A stretch of DNA of 60,243 bases, the filler included, from Circinaria calcarea (lineage: Eukaryota), in NCBI GenBank assembly GCA_051942165.1. It is 13 parts of 13 records of this genome, joined end to end, with 100 filler letters (N's around TTAATTAATTAA, not from the genome) between each part and the next. Parts side by side here need not be neighbours in the genome. Positions count along the whole stretch, not along the records: positions 46,445 to 50,979 come from JAVECS010002287.1; positions 51,080 to 55,612 come from JAVECS010002288.1; positions 55,713 to 60,243 come from JAVECS010002289.1; 10 more parts are not named here. One strand, written 5' to 3'. Positions 48,438-60,221 of this stretch are shown piece by piece. The notes beneath the pieces were generated by a model. The model worked only from the letters and a program-made list of their open reading frames with translations. It did no database searches and was not told the origin of the DNA. A program made the translations under genes and the position numbers. Each line of letters begins with the position of its first letter. The first letter of the stretch is position 1.

Positions 48438-49775
48438 TGCCAGTCACAAGCAGTCAATTGGAGGGGCTGAGGGCATTTAGCAAAGGAGAAGTCTTTTCGG
48501 TCAGATGATGGCCGATGGCAGAAAAAGATGGAGTTTGTAGCAAGCGACGGGTGTGCTGTGCTTGCGGATCCCCTTGTTTGTTGGCTACACTTTCAATCAG
48601 ATGGATGGGTTAATTAATGCACGCCTGTGCCTACTATACACATGAGTCTGGAAATGGATTGATTGGACATGCTGTTCTGGGGCAATCGGCCTGTGGTACG
48701 GTATGAGTCAATCGACCGGCCGAGGTTGGCACATTCGACAACCATCTCCATCTCCGACAACGCTCAGCCTCCACACATGTATCATCTCGACCAATTCTAC
48801 CTGCAGAGCCTGCAGCTTTAGTAGGATGTTGCCCTACACAGTATTCCTCCTCGTGTGCGGCGCAGCGTTTCTTGCCAACGCTAAGGTTATGGCGTTGTTG
48901 GTACTCTGTACGCCACGGCCAGCCAAGGTAAGGTAAGGAAACTGGATTGGGCGTGGGAAAAACGGATTAGCCACGCCAGATTATTGTACTGGGAAAGTGA
49001 ATTTGGCCTGGGAAACCTCAAGGCCAATGTCGGGGGGGGAAAAAACCCCCTTGACCTGGAAGATTATCTTAGTTAGAGCCTTGCCTGCGGGCAGCCTGCC
49101 AAAGTATGGTCGGAATAACTAAGCCATACCTCATAGTATCCTGAAATTTGGTATATATACGTAAATCTCCTGCATTAGATATTTATAAGCGAAGTGATAA
49201 GTTGCACATAAGGACTCTTACCTGCAGGTGTAGGACCACCCTCGGTTCGATTGAATAACAGAAAGGACATTCGCAGTTTAGCAAAAGTGCCCGTGACTAA
49301 ACTTTAGCAGGTCATCAGCGTAGCCTTGAGCATTAAATGCCGAGGATCCGTGAGCCCTTATCCAGCACAAATGCACAAGGTATGTAAAAGATGGCTAGGA
49401 TAGCTAGCGCCTTCGGTGGCACTAAGAAAAAATTAAATCAAAGGTAATACTGTAACTATCTATTACTCGGCGTAACTGATCCAATACCTGTAGAAAGCAC
49501 CTCGATTTAGTGAATCGGGGTAGTTAAAGTACAGGGAAAGTTTATGCGGTTTGTAATTATCTTGTAAATATGCATTGTGGCAACTGGTTATTAAGCTGCG
49601 CTAAAGTCTCGCAGTCCTGGAGCTCTGCCCCTGAGCGGAGATTGAAATCCCAAGGCAGGAAGGCCTTCACACAGTCCGCAGAATTGGCTATGAAAGCCGT
49701 GCAGAGAATGCACGGGCATGTATCTCTGGTAATGTTCCCCAAGATAGCCTCTTTTAGCATCTTCAACTGCCGCAG

Positions 49776-50585
49776 TTACATGCCCAATTTCCTTGCCGCC
49801 TCATCATGGGTGCACATCTTCGTGACGAAGTCAACCATGTCACAGACAACCACCACCGCCAAGACATAGCCACAGCACTGTAAAATCCGCTTCCACCGCG
49901 GTACTCGATTGGCTAGAACGTCCTGCCAACCAACGGCCTTTCTTTGCTGGTTTGACAATCGTGGCTCCCGCCTTCTAGTGTCGTTATCGACAGCTGTCAT
50001 TAGCTGATCCACAGTGACTGTGCCAGATAATCCCAGAACACGAAGAATGCCGTCGTTGCCGTTCCAAGCTTTGTTATGCTCCGGGATGATGAGGATACGG
50101 TTCAAGACTGCTAGTCTTTGGCCCTTTGATAAACGTGGTAGAGCCTTCTTCTCGTCTTTTCCCACCGCTGACCATAGATTGCCGTAAGAAGCAGTATGAT
50201 GGAGTCCTAGGCGATTGTAAACCTCTTGGATTTCAGCGTCGGGTTCCCTTTGCGTCTCTTTTCGCCGGATAGTTTTGACTGTCGATATGGTTGGTTGCGA
50301 TGGGGTCCAACAAGACTGCAATTGCGGATTGCGGGTCTCAACTTCATTCTTTGTTTCTAGAACAGTGGACGAACTTTTCCAAGCACTTTCGAAACTTTTC
50401 CCTGCTTTAGGACCACTATGTACATAACAGTACTGAATAAGTCGAGATGAAGCTGCCGTACGATCTACCCTCCCGCAGTTTCCTGGCAGCACCAGAGGCA
50501 AATTGTGTGTGATCCGAGAGAACGGTTGTAGGTAGGCGGCAAACAAACCGGTAGAGCGCAGTGATAAGGTTTGTAGCAACGACAT
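49776..50585 (-). CDS. orphan protein with possible mitochondrial presequence, an internal duplicated motif and a C-terminal hydrophobic segment
   Basis: About 270-codon ORF; Arg/Ser/Leu-rich, acid-poor N-terminus; two copies of LGL..T.....L..AV..D.....PRLS..QR.AV. Confidence 0.55.
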   Translation of the reverse strand: MSLLQTLSLRSTGLFAAYLQPFSRITHNLPLVLPGNCGRVDRTAASSRLIQYCYVHSGPKAGKSFESAWKSSSTVLETKNEVETRNPQLQSCWTPSQPTISTVKTIRRKETQREPDAEIQEVYNRLGLHHTASYGNLWSAVGKDEKKALPRLSKGQRLAVLNRILIIPEHNKAWNGNDGILRVLGLSGTVTVDQLMTAVDNDTRRREPRLSNQQRKAVGWQDVLANRVPRWKRILQCCGYVLAVVVVCDMVDFVTKMCTHDEAARKLGM

Positions 50586-50979
50586 TTCAACCCGGGTGCG
50601 ATTGAACAGCTCTCTCTCGGCGACCAAAGTAGAGATAAAATGCGGAGGAGAGCCACAATAAGAGGTCTGAGAGGCTCTCCCTAAGTGGTATCAGCATTCC
50701 ACCCTTGCAGATACGAAGCAGAATTTGCCGCATAAAGGAACGTGCGGCTAAGTGCTTCCGGGGTGACACAAAGCCAACTTCCCGGACCTCTTACAGCAGA
50801 ACAAATATCAGACCGGACTTTTCTGATAGACTAAGCAGATGATTATTGAATACGCATTTAATGCAGCAATCCTTCCTTCTAACAACGCACAAGACGTCCC
50901 TGTCTCTAGTTGTATACCAGTAAATATCGTTTAGCTGTAGCCATCTTGCAGCATTATTCTGCGTAACGTAAAAGAACCA

Positions 50980-51079
50980 NNNNNNNNNNNNNNNNNNNNN
51001 NNNNNNNNNNNNNNNNNNNNNNNTTAATTAATTAANNNNNNNNNNNNNNNNNNNNNNNNNNNNNNNNNNNNNNNNNNNN
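50980..51079. other. artificial contig spacer
   Basis: 44 N + TTAATTAATTAA + 44 N. Confidence 0.99.
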
Positions 51080-51379
51080 AAACAAATTATCTCAGCAAAC
51101 CCGTATATAGAGAAAAATAGAGAGTCTCGAACGGAGAGGGAAGGAAAAGGAGAGTAGATGGAAAAGGGGATGACGTACCGTAATAAAAGCCGGGGAGATC
51201 CCTCGCCATTGTGGCTTAGCTGCGTGCTCTCTGATCTGGGGTTTTCTATGTCTGGAGTCGCGGAAGAGCAGAGTCTTGATTCGGCCTTCTAATGATAAAG
51301 GATGATGATAGTAATCCAGACAAAACCCAATCGATAACGGAAGTTTACAGATTTATACCGAGGAACAAATATCCCTTCA

Positions 51380-51506
51380 ACTGTCCCTCAGGCAGCATGA
51401 ACCGTGCATTCCTGCACAAACCAAAAGCTGGTCCGTGCCAGCCTGGCTTGACTAATCCTAACCTCGTGTCCAAGGGACGCACGGTTCATACTGCCTGGGG
51501 GACAGT
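51380..51506. mobile_element. 127-bp MITE-like inverted-repeat element
   Basis: 34-bp arms ACTGTCCCYCAGGCAGYATGAACCGTGCRTYCCT, 30/34 identical with all mismatches transitions; flanks CA (left) and TA (right). Confidence 0.7.
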
Positions 51507-51786
51507 TATAAAGTGCTAAATATGGTATGTTGATGGCTTCAGCCGTTAGGGCCAAGTCTATTATCAGAAAAGTCATAATCGCAACAAGTTACTGTCGCAG
51601 AGGTCATTGTCGCAAAAACAAATAGCATAGGCGTCGGGGTTTACCTTGTACCCTATTAATGGTCTCCCATTCATCAGCCAATATCTTGCAACGTGGCTTG
51701 GATATGGATGGACATTTTGGGCCATCCCCTCTGCCCTCGCGGTACCCACAATACCTAGGGAACCGGAGGATGCTGAATAATATAGC

Positions 51787-53143
51787 TTGCTAGTATCTAT
51801 ATTACTATCTCCGGCAATCTTCGCCACTCTTTCTGATCCTCTGGGTCGCCGTCCCATCTTGTTAGCTACCTTCGCGCTTTATGTCCCTGCCAACTTAGGC
51901 TTGACACTGAGCAACAATAACAATGTCGCGTTGCTTGACTTCGGGGCGCTACAGACTCTCGGTGCCAGTGCGGTGCTCGCAATCGCCTATGGTATTGTAG
52001 CAGACATCTGCGTGCCTGCGGAGAGAGGAAAAATGCTAGGGTCTATGATGGCGGCGACAAATTTGGGGCCAGGCGCGGGGCCCTTGATAGGGGGCTAGGT
52101 GGCGCTGGGTTGGGTGGATTCAAACAAGTATTTTGGTGCTTGGTGATATATGGGAGTACGACTCTGCTGATTGTGGGTTGGGTGCTTCCCGAGACCGGGA
52201 GGAATGTGGTTGGGAACGGAGTGTGTAGGCCGGATGGCATAGGATCTGATGGGATTACATTGGTGACGGGGCCAAGGAAAAATTAGAGCTTAGGACATGG
52301 GCCGGTGAGGGTCTCAAATCAGGGGAGAAGCATCTGAGAAGTCGAAGGCGGAAAAGAAGGCGAGGAAAAACCAAGGCAGTCAAGAGATCTTGAATCCTTT
52401 TGCATGTCTACGAATAATATTTTGGAGATATACCGCGCTTGTGCTCTGGATGAGCGCCTCCTTCTACTCGATTTGGTAATGTATATAGACATCGACTCCG
52501 TCAATCTACCAGGACCTTTACGGCTTTAACGAGTTCGAAACTGGACTCGCAATCTTACTGGTGGAGTTAGTGTGATTTTAGGGGGATTTGCTACTGGAAA
52601 GATGATGGATAGAAACTAGAAAATAACCGCAGAGGCAATTGGGCATACTGTTGACAGAGTTTCTGGCGATGATATGAATCACTTCCCAATTGAAAGAGCA
52701 AGATCGAGAGGTTCTTGAAATCTGTTAACAGTTTCTACTTGCTATTTAATTGGTTATGCATGGGCAATTCAAAAAAACATGCTCACCCGAGCTTACCCTT
52801 GATCCTCTAGTGTCTCATGGGTTTCCTATGCGCAGTCTTTAACAGTACTTTACTGGTGGATATTTTTGCGGAAAATCTAAGCTCAGCTGCGGCTTCGGGG
52901 AATATCACCCACTGCGCCTTGGCAGCCGCAGCAGTCGCGGTTTTGCAGCCTCTTGTCAACATCATGGCGAGTTGCCGTTTCTTCACTTTATTGAGCATTG
53001 TTAGCGGAGTTGGGGTGGCGGCCGCAGTATTATTGATTCGTATACGCGGGAAGAAATGGCCCTGGCAACGGGCATCGAAAATTAGCAACTCTAGCAACAA
53101 TCCTCATGCGGAGGACAAAGACTCGAGCAAATCAAAAGACTAA
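51787..53143 (+). pseudogene. MFS DHA1-type (Qdr-like) transporter pseudogene; 5' limit uncertain
   Basis: LSDPLGRRP (motif A), GIVADI..PAERG, GP.IGG, LPETGRNVVGNG, GKMMDRN, FPIERAR, NSTLLVD; stops at 52096-52098, 52617-52619, 52716-52718 plus frameshifts. Confidence 0.88.
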
Positions 53144-53336
53144 AGAAGAAAAGCAAGAAGATATCTGTTGAACAAAGGCTTCTGCGTTCATGCTATGGAA
53201 TGCAATTCGTCGCTAAGCCTAATCTGGTCTACAGGGTGAATTCCTACGGATAAATATAAACAAATCTTACTTTCCCTTCACATCTTCCAGCAGCCTTGTT
53301 CTTACCGTGCATAATTAAGTCTGAAGGGTATACATA

Positions 53337-54765
53337 ATGACAGAACGAGAGTCAGGAGAGAAGGCAGGAGAGAAGGGAGTCGTCTGGGACAAAGATATTG
53401 ACGTCCCCGAGAAATGGATCCAATTCGTGGATGATAACGTTTTAGCAAGTGAGCCTTCGGTGCTTGATACTGGCGCCCTCGACATGATCCTTAACATATG
53501 TAGAACTTCCACCAGGCACGAGAGTCAAGAACATCTCCGCCCACGGAGTCAGCTATTGGACAAGGACAGCTGAGTTGCAGACAGAGCAGACGGACGGATC
53601 TCTTCTTTCATTTTTCCTAAAGGTTCGAACTTTTACCACTGGTAGTTTGGGTTGCTGGCTAATTCCGAGTAAATTTTTCAGGTGACGCAAAACGACAACG
53701 GCAAGGGCATGGTGTCTGGCGAATTCGTCTCGATGACAGCACTACACAATACTGCCCCGAAACTCGTCCCTGTTCCGATTGCCTGGGGTACATACGCCAC
53801 AGATTCAAACATACACTTCTTCCTCTGCAGCTTTGTCGATATGACAGATGACCTTCCGGATCCCAATAAGCTAGGCGCAATGCTCGCTGACCTTCACCAG
53901 AGGACCGTCTCACCGAACGGTAAATATGGATTCTCGGTTCCGACCTACCAAGGAACAATACCTCAGCGAGTTGATTGGCAGGATACCTGGGAGGTATTTT
54001 TTTCTAATTTGATGCGACGCATCCTCGACCATGAATTGGCGTCACAGGGTCCTGATGAGGAATTGAAACAGCTCTCCAAAACACTATTCGAGAAGGTTAT
54101 TCCTCGCTTACTTCGACCGCTAGAAACCGGTGGTAGAAAAATTCAGCCCCGTCTCGTTCATGGTGACATTTGGGATGGGAATACATCAACCGACGCTGCG
54201 ACGGATTTACCTGTAATCTTTGACGCCACTTGTCTTTATGCCCATAATGAAAGTAAGTCGGATGATCCAATTCATAACCTTGCTAAGCAAGTAAGGTGAG
54301 CTTGCACCGTGGCGACCTATTCGACATAAGATGGGGAAACCATATATGAAAGCCTATCACAAGCACTTTCCAATCTCCGCCCCGGAAGAAGACCACGACG
54401 ACCGAAACGCTCTATATTGCATGTAAGCCATCCTTGGTGGTAGCGGTTCGGGCCGAGGGACAAAGGCTGGCGGCGATTGCTAATAACCATCGCAGGCGTT
54501 TCAATGTGTGTTGTTCGGCGTTATACCCCGGTAATCTTCGGTACAGGAAGATGTGAGTTGAAATTCTCCTTTCATATACTTGGCCTATCTTCTAGCTTTC
54601 CAAATTTGACTTCTGAAACGCAGGGTCATGCAGGAGATGCGGTATCTTGCCGAGAAGTACCCAGAAGGCTACGAGGGATGGGCAAGGGAGAACGGAGAGC
54701 TTCCTGTGGTCCAGATTTGCCTGAATGGCCCGAAGATTTGCATAGGGGGAAAAGATGAATTATAG
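53337..54765 (+). CDS. fructosamine/ketosamine-3-kinase family protein (6 exons)
   Basis: HGVSYW, FFLK|V, GEF.SM, VPVPIAWG, LA.LH, GKYGF.VPT..G, PRLVHGDIWDGN, IFDA..YAHNE.EL; introns restore an intact frame to the TAG ending at 54765. Confidence 0.9.
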
Positions 54766-55612
54766 AGAAAACTGCTTTTACCACGGGAGTTTGGACTGCC
54801 AAAAAAAAAAAGAAAGAAAGAAAGACGTTTGTTTCTTAGTTTGATCTTACGGGCTTTCAACCAACCTGATTCTAGCAGGAGCATCCGGCTGCCCACCCAA
54901 GAATATAAAATACATTGACTCTTCTTGACTTCTCAGAACATTTGTGTCTGTCATCTGATAGACGTTACCAATGCAATACTAGCGATAGTGTCAAAATAGC
55001 GTTCCACGCTTAGGCGGTTTGCTCCCAGTCTCCCTTACTTCAGAATCGTATATATTACAGCCCCATCATTCCAATGATCTCAATACACGCACATGGTTTT
55101 TTATCCTCACATCTGCTTATTAAACCATTGGACAATCATCGTATCATACCCAATTACTTTCTCGTTTTTCACAGTGCCGTTGAAAAATCCTTTTAACCGC
55201 CAAGTAACTCAAATTTCGATCTTTCAGGCCGTCATACCCAAAAGGGAACATATAACCTACAATACGTTCGATTTTGCCATCTTTCTCACAAAATCTCTTT
55301 CGTTCCTTCGTTCGCTCGTTGCTTTGCTTATAGCATTTACGTATCTATCACCGTGTGAGGGATTTCCAAATTTCTAATAAACCGAATCAAAGGATACATG
55401 GCACAGAACTGGCTGCGAACTACAGCGGAATATGAATATAAATCTTATATTTTATTTAATTTACCTCAAATCCAACACATCAAATCCACCCCTCTATCCA
55501 TCCGTAAGGGAAAAAAGACACCCCGGCCTTTCTATACCCCCCGGTCTTCTACCCCCTTTTGCCTTGCCTCATCTTTGCCTTGGGGGCTACACTACACCCA
55601 ACCCCCCACTTC

Positions 55613-55712
55613 NNNNNNNNNNNNNNNNNNNNNNNNNNNNNNNNNNNNNNNNNNNNTTAATTAATTAANNNNNNNNNNNNNNNNNNNNNNNNNNNNNNNN
55701 NNNNNNNNNNNN
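55613..55712. other. artificial contig spacer
   Basis: 44 N + TTAATTAATTAA + 44 N. Confidence 0.99.
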
Positions 55713-55885
55713 CTATCACCAATCGGGATTTAATATATTCCTCATTAGACCCCAAGAATTGCAGCACCCTTACACTTTATTATAAAATCGTATTATTATT
55801 CATAAAGGATCCTTACTTTAATATAAGGGAAGGATTATTTATTTATATTTTCAATTTGGAATAATTATAATAATTTGGAATTTTT

Positions 55886-57069
55886 CTAGAAAGGTGGTAG
55901 GTGGAATGGGTATCCGCCATTCTTAACCCTAAACACACTTAAAAGAAAGCTGTACATCCCAAACATCACACTACCCCAGACCATCACGGCGACCTGCTGT
56001 TGCCTCGGATCTCCCATGCGGGGAACCTTTAGAGCTAATGCTATTGTCGCGAAGGATAGCACGCTGTCTATTGTCAACCAGTCAGCCGTGATAACTGAAA
56101 CAAGTGAATATATTAATCTTTCGGAGTAACAACATACAAATTGCGGCGATAATTTGTGTCTCGAGGCCAAATTGACTGGAAAAACCCCCAGCGAAGTAGC
56201 TGACGCCACCTTTGCCATCTCCTGAAACGTAAGGCACCTTTCGAATGTGATTGAACATATGACCGCTCGTGAATAGCAAGATGATGATCAAACTTATTGC
56301 AGCCCAGAGATTCCGATTCTGAAGAACGGGTAGTATGTATGGTGAGGCAATACTTAGGAAGCTGACGGCCCCGAGTATTATGGTCGTAGTTGCGACAATG
56401 CGAACATAATTCAGAGGCCGATAGATTATAGGTTTAGGACCATTAGGTAAGTGTCGAGTTATCCATCCATAAACCTGTTCGGCTGATTGAGGTCTGGGAC
56501 CGCATCAGTAAATATCTGTCTAGGAAAAGTATTGTCTTTAGAATTTACCCAGCAGTAAAATCATATCGAACTGGCTGGGCCTCTGGTTTAGCCCCGACTC
56601 CGATTGTTGGTGGGAAAAGGAGAAGTATAGGTGCCGTTTGAAGCATGAGCTAACATTGCTTAGATATACCATATATATCCTCAAGGGATCAAGAGTCAAA
56701 TTATGGCTAGCTTGCACACACCTTCTGAAATGTCCCTTTACCATCCGCAAAGTCTAGCGTTCCGAATACAACGCGACTTGCACCCTGCCGATCTCCTCTT
56801 ACCCAGCTCTTAGCAATGACATCCCATTCTGGCTGGAAATCGCGGCACATTTGGCACCCGAATCTTGCTTCCAACGCAGTCAATAGGACAACAACAGTAA
56901 AGTCTCGGGGAGCTCTGGTGAGATCTTCGTATGAGGTGTCATCGAGTTTTACAGGACTTGCCGAAAGCGACTTGGAAAGATAATTCTCGAAACGGTCCCC
57001 AGCACTCTTTTTGGCCGCGAAACTCGTCAGCGGTAGGATTGCTAACAGCAGATAACCGAGGACCCTCAT
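55886..57069 (-). CDS. OST3: oligosaccharyltransferase OST3/OST6-family subunit; exons 57069-56722, 56649-56549, 56493-56138, 56067-55886
   Basis: Signal peptide, thioredoxin-like CQMC, RPLNY, SGHMFNHIRKVPY, QFGLETQI, C-terminal VFRVKNGGYPF. Confidence 0.93.
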
Positions 57070-57326
57070 GTTGCCTCAGGGGTGAATTTAGGATTGAAAA
57101 TAAATCTGTTATGTGTGACAGCAAAAGTTCGTACTCCGTACGTGAAAATTCATACTTCCTCTGTTCAGACTTGTCCTTTCGCTCATTCGCCTATTGATTA
57201 CATAATTTGACGCTAGAGTTGGCTTTGTTTACGTGATGTGTTTACACAGCTTGGAGGTACTTCATATCTGGAAAATCATCTGTTGGAATTTCGAGACTGT
57301 ATAGTTGGAACTTTCTGATTCGCAGG

Positions 57327-59087
57327 ATGACTTCTGCCGATACACTACCGCTTGAATTATGGGAGGTGAGGGTTTTGGACAGAAACCACTGAATGCGCGA
57401 CTAATTCCAACCACTGTAGATGCAGCAAACCTCATGTACTCAATCAATTGAACTTGCTTACGAGAAGAATCTGGAAAGTTCGTTCATAATTTATGGAGAA
57501 GAGCAGGCAAGGATCCTACGTGTTGGAATGTTACTGCTCAAAATTGAGAATGACGACCTTAACACTCAATTATCGCAAGGCGGCCAGCGCACTGGTGACC
57601 TGGAAATGGCTTTGCAAGAATCGCGTGTCTCCCTGAATTTAGTAGGGGCTGAACGAGACAACCTTCGAGCGGAGCTACGCACAAAGGTTAGAGGGATGGA
57701 AAACTTAAAGGTGAACGTGTAATTACATCGAAGGAATTTTCAATGCTGATATGATAAGGCGGAGTTTGATTCCCTCTATGATGTCTCTCTGGATGCAACG
57801 AAGCTTTTGACTGAAAAACTAGCATTGTCTCGCGAACTTGCAAACCTCATGCCAGAAATTGAACATCTTCGATCTCAGGCTGCCTCACAACAGGCACTCC
57901 TTGCCGAAAAGCTCATGTTGCAAAGGCAATTATCCACCATACAAGTTGAACTCGAAAACGAGAAACGGGCGACCCGTCAAGCTCTTGCTAGGGAAGGCGG
58001 GAGACAAGAGAACGATGCTAGAACGGAACTGAGGCTGGAAGGGTTACTATCGGACCTCGCGAAAGAGCAGAAAGAAAAGCAAAAAGTTCTCCGTGAAATG
58101 CTCAAGGCCGCTGCAGATTCCGAAAGCAAGACAGCTGTGCTCGAGTCACGCCTGGAGGGTTTCAGGACTAAATTGCGAATGACCAAAGATCAACTGAAGG
58201 AAACGCAGTCTGAATTAAAAATTAGCAGCAATTTAGACAGAGATCAGGCTATACCCCTGGCTTCAGCTAGCATGGCCCTTCCTGATAAAAACCCGCGTAA
58301 AAGGAGCATTGCTTGTATTGACACTGATGCTAATCTCGGCACGCCTGGCGTTCTAGCTGTCGCGAAGAGAGGCACAAGGGTATCAGCACTTCCTGGAGAC
58401 AAATCCACGTTCTCGATAACCCCCTATCTCAACCGGACTGCTAGCCTAGCACCTGAAAGTCCGACGGGTAGGGAGACCTCTCCCGAATTTCAACCCGAAA
58501 CTGAGGTGCCTAATGCTGGACCAGAACACGAGCCTAGCGTGACCAAACCTGAGAAGACATTTGGGGTCTCCGAATCAGGAGGGATGGTCGTGCAATCAAA
58601 GAGGGAAATACGAGTACCGAAGCAGAACATCCTGGCGTCGGCCAAAGTCGGAAAGCCTAGCGTAGGAGGCCCCCCTCGCAGGAAGCGATCGGTACTTGAA
58701 AAGGTTCAGGAAGAGGACAATGAGGAAAAACAGCAACCAGTGAGAGTGCCAGAAGTTGGATGCCAACAGAATGCTGTCGCAAACCCCTGTAAGAAGCTTA
58801 CCTCCAAGGATGATACTGCTGAAGATACTGCTGAAGATACCACATTCATCAAGAGAAAACGAAAATTGCTAGGTGGAGGATTGGGAAGAACATTATTCGA
58901 CGAAGAGGACGGTGTACTTCTCAAAGATCACGACCGTGGACTTCTTGGGGGCCGTCGAACTTTCGGTTCACTCGGGAAAACTTTCACTGTTGGGCAAGCT
59001 AGCTCTCATACCAGTAGTTTTGATTCCACGAAGAGTTTCGGTGATTTCTCACCTCTTAAGAAGGACAGGAGACCCGGAATTTGCTAG
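57327..59087 (+). CDS. coiled-coil protein with disordered Ser/Thr-Pro tail, candidate monopolin Mde4/Lrs4-like subunit; exons 57327-57365, 57420-57710, 57759-59087
   Basis: Heptad-rich N-terminal half; motifs VLESRL...KLRM, FSITPYLNRT, KRKRKLL, LFDEED, FSPLKK; phase-0 introns keep the frame. Confidence is for the CDS; the family call is weaker. Confidence 0.85.
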
Positions 59088-59605
59088 TTTGGGGGAAGTG
59101 AAATTGGACAAAGTATCATTTAACCACTTTTTCTCTCCCATTAGTATCTAGGTAGGAAACTTGTGAGTTGGTTAGGATGATGACCGATGTTGCGTCCACC
59201 ATCTGCTATCACTCGGGTTGTGCCCTTGAATGCTGCTGGGGTTCCTGTCTGAGACTCGCGTGACATTGGAGGAGCCGAGATTCTCGAAGATGTAAAGTCG
59301 AAATCTAAGAGATAAGTAACTTTGCATTGCCGTGGCATCTTTCGCAGAACTTTGAGCTCTGAAAAGACCTGCCTGAAATTCTACTAGAACATAACGTTTC
59401 CCATATAACTCCCACATAATCTGGATCAAGAAGCCAAGTCTCAAAAGTATCTTTAGCCGATATATCTTCTCCGGAATAATTGCGAATAGATCGAGGAAAC
59501 AGGCGTTGTGTATTATCTAGCGGGGTAGGGGTGTCTTCGGATCTCCCAACTTGGCATTTTATCTATAAGCCTGCTTTGGAGTCTGTTTGTACTCTGTGCA
59601 CTTTG

Positions 59606-60221
59606 ATGCTTTCCGAATGGCCATTGATTAGTCTGCTTAGCAGATCCCCAACGACTCGCGGATTAGACGTTAAGAAAATCAGAACATGCTCCCTTTGCAA
59701 TTTCCATTCGGCCGTAGGACATGGGACTGTCATATCGTCACGTTTGCAAGTAGGCAATGCCCGGCATACTTCCTCTTCATCATCGAAGCGCTGGCAGACT
59801 CGTCACGGCAAAGACAAATTTGCTAGAGAAGCTCGTGTACAAGGATTGAAGAGCCGCGCAGCTTTCAAATTGCTCGAGGTCAGCCTGACCTAGTTAGCTT
59901 TCTTGGGAATTTTGGGAGTGTCTGACGGTGTTTGAAAGATCAACGAAAAATACAAGATATTCGAGAGGGGACAGACGGTGGTGGATCTGGTAAGGCTCTG
60001 CTGATGTATAGAAGCCCGCGTTATTTGACCGGATTTCTCTAGGGCTATGCACCTGGTTCCTGGTCGCAGGTAAATACTCCGATGGTGTACACAGCAGCCT
60101 TAGGTCCTCATTCATTCTGTAGGTCGCCGTTGATCGTACCTTTCCCCATGGGCGAGTCATCGGAATCGATGTTATCCCCACCCAACCACCTAAAGGAGTT
60201 TCTACGATTCAGGGAAATTTC
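59606..60221 (+). CDS. MRM2: mitochondrial FtsJ/RrmJ-type rRNA 2'-O-methyltransferase, 3' truncated; exons 59606-59878, 59939-59989, 60043-60069, 60123->
   Basis: SSSKRWQTR..KDKFAREA...GLKSRAAFKLLE|INEKYKIF..GQTVVDL|GYAPGSWSQ|VAV...GRVIGID.IP...GVSTIQGNF. Confidence 0.93.

Noticed and set aside
48186..52098. TAG at likely Trp positions (P450 48186, MFS 52096) as A-to-I editing-restored stops
   Set aside because: Such restorative editing is known in some ascomycetes, but both genes also carry frameshifts and other stops that editing cannot repair.
42102..54765. Apparent secondary-metabolite cluster (membrane protein + P450 + MFS + kinase)
   Set aside because: The genes lie on three contigs joined only by length sorting, there is no backbone enzyme, and three of them are disrupted.
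4556..55712. Regularly spaced TTAATTAATTAA motif as a biological repeat or CRISPR-like array
   Set aside because: Always centred in exactly 88 Ns and encodes stops in all six frames: an assembly linker. ORFs ending in X...LIN result from it.
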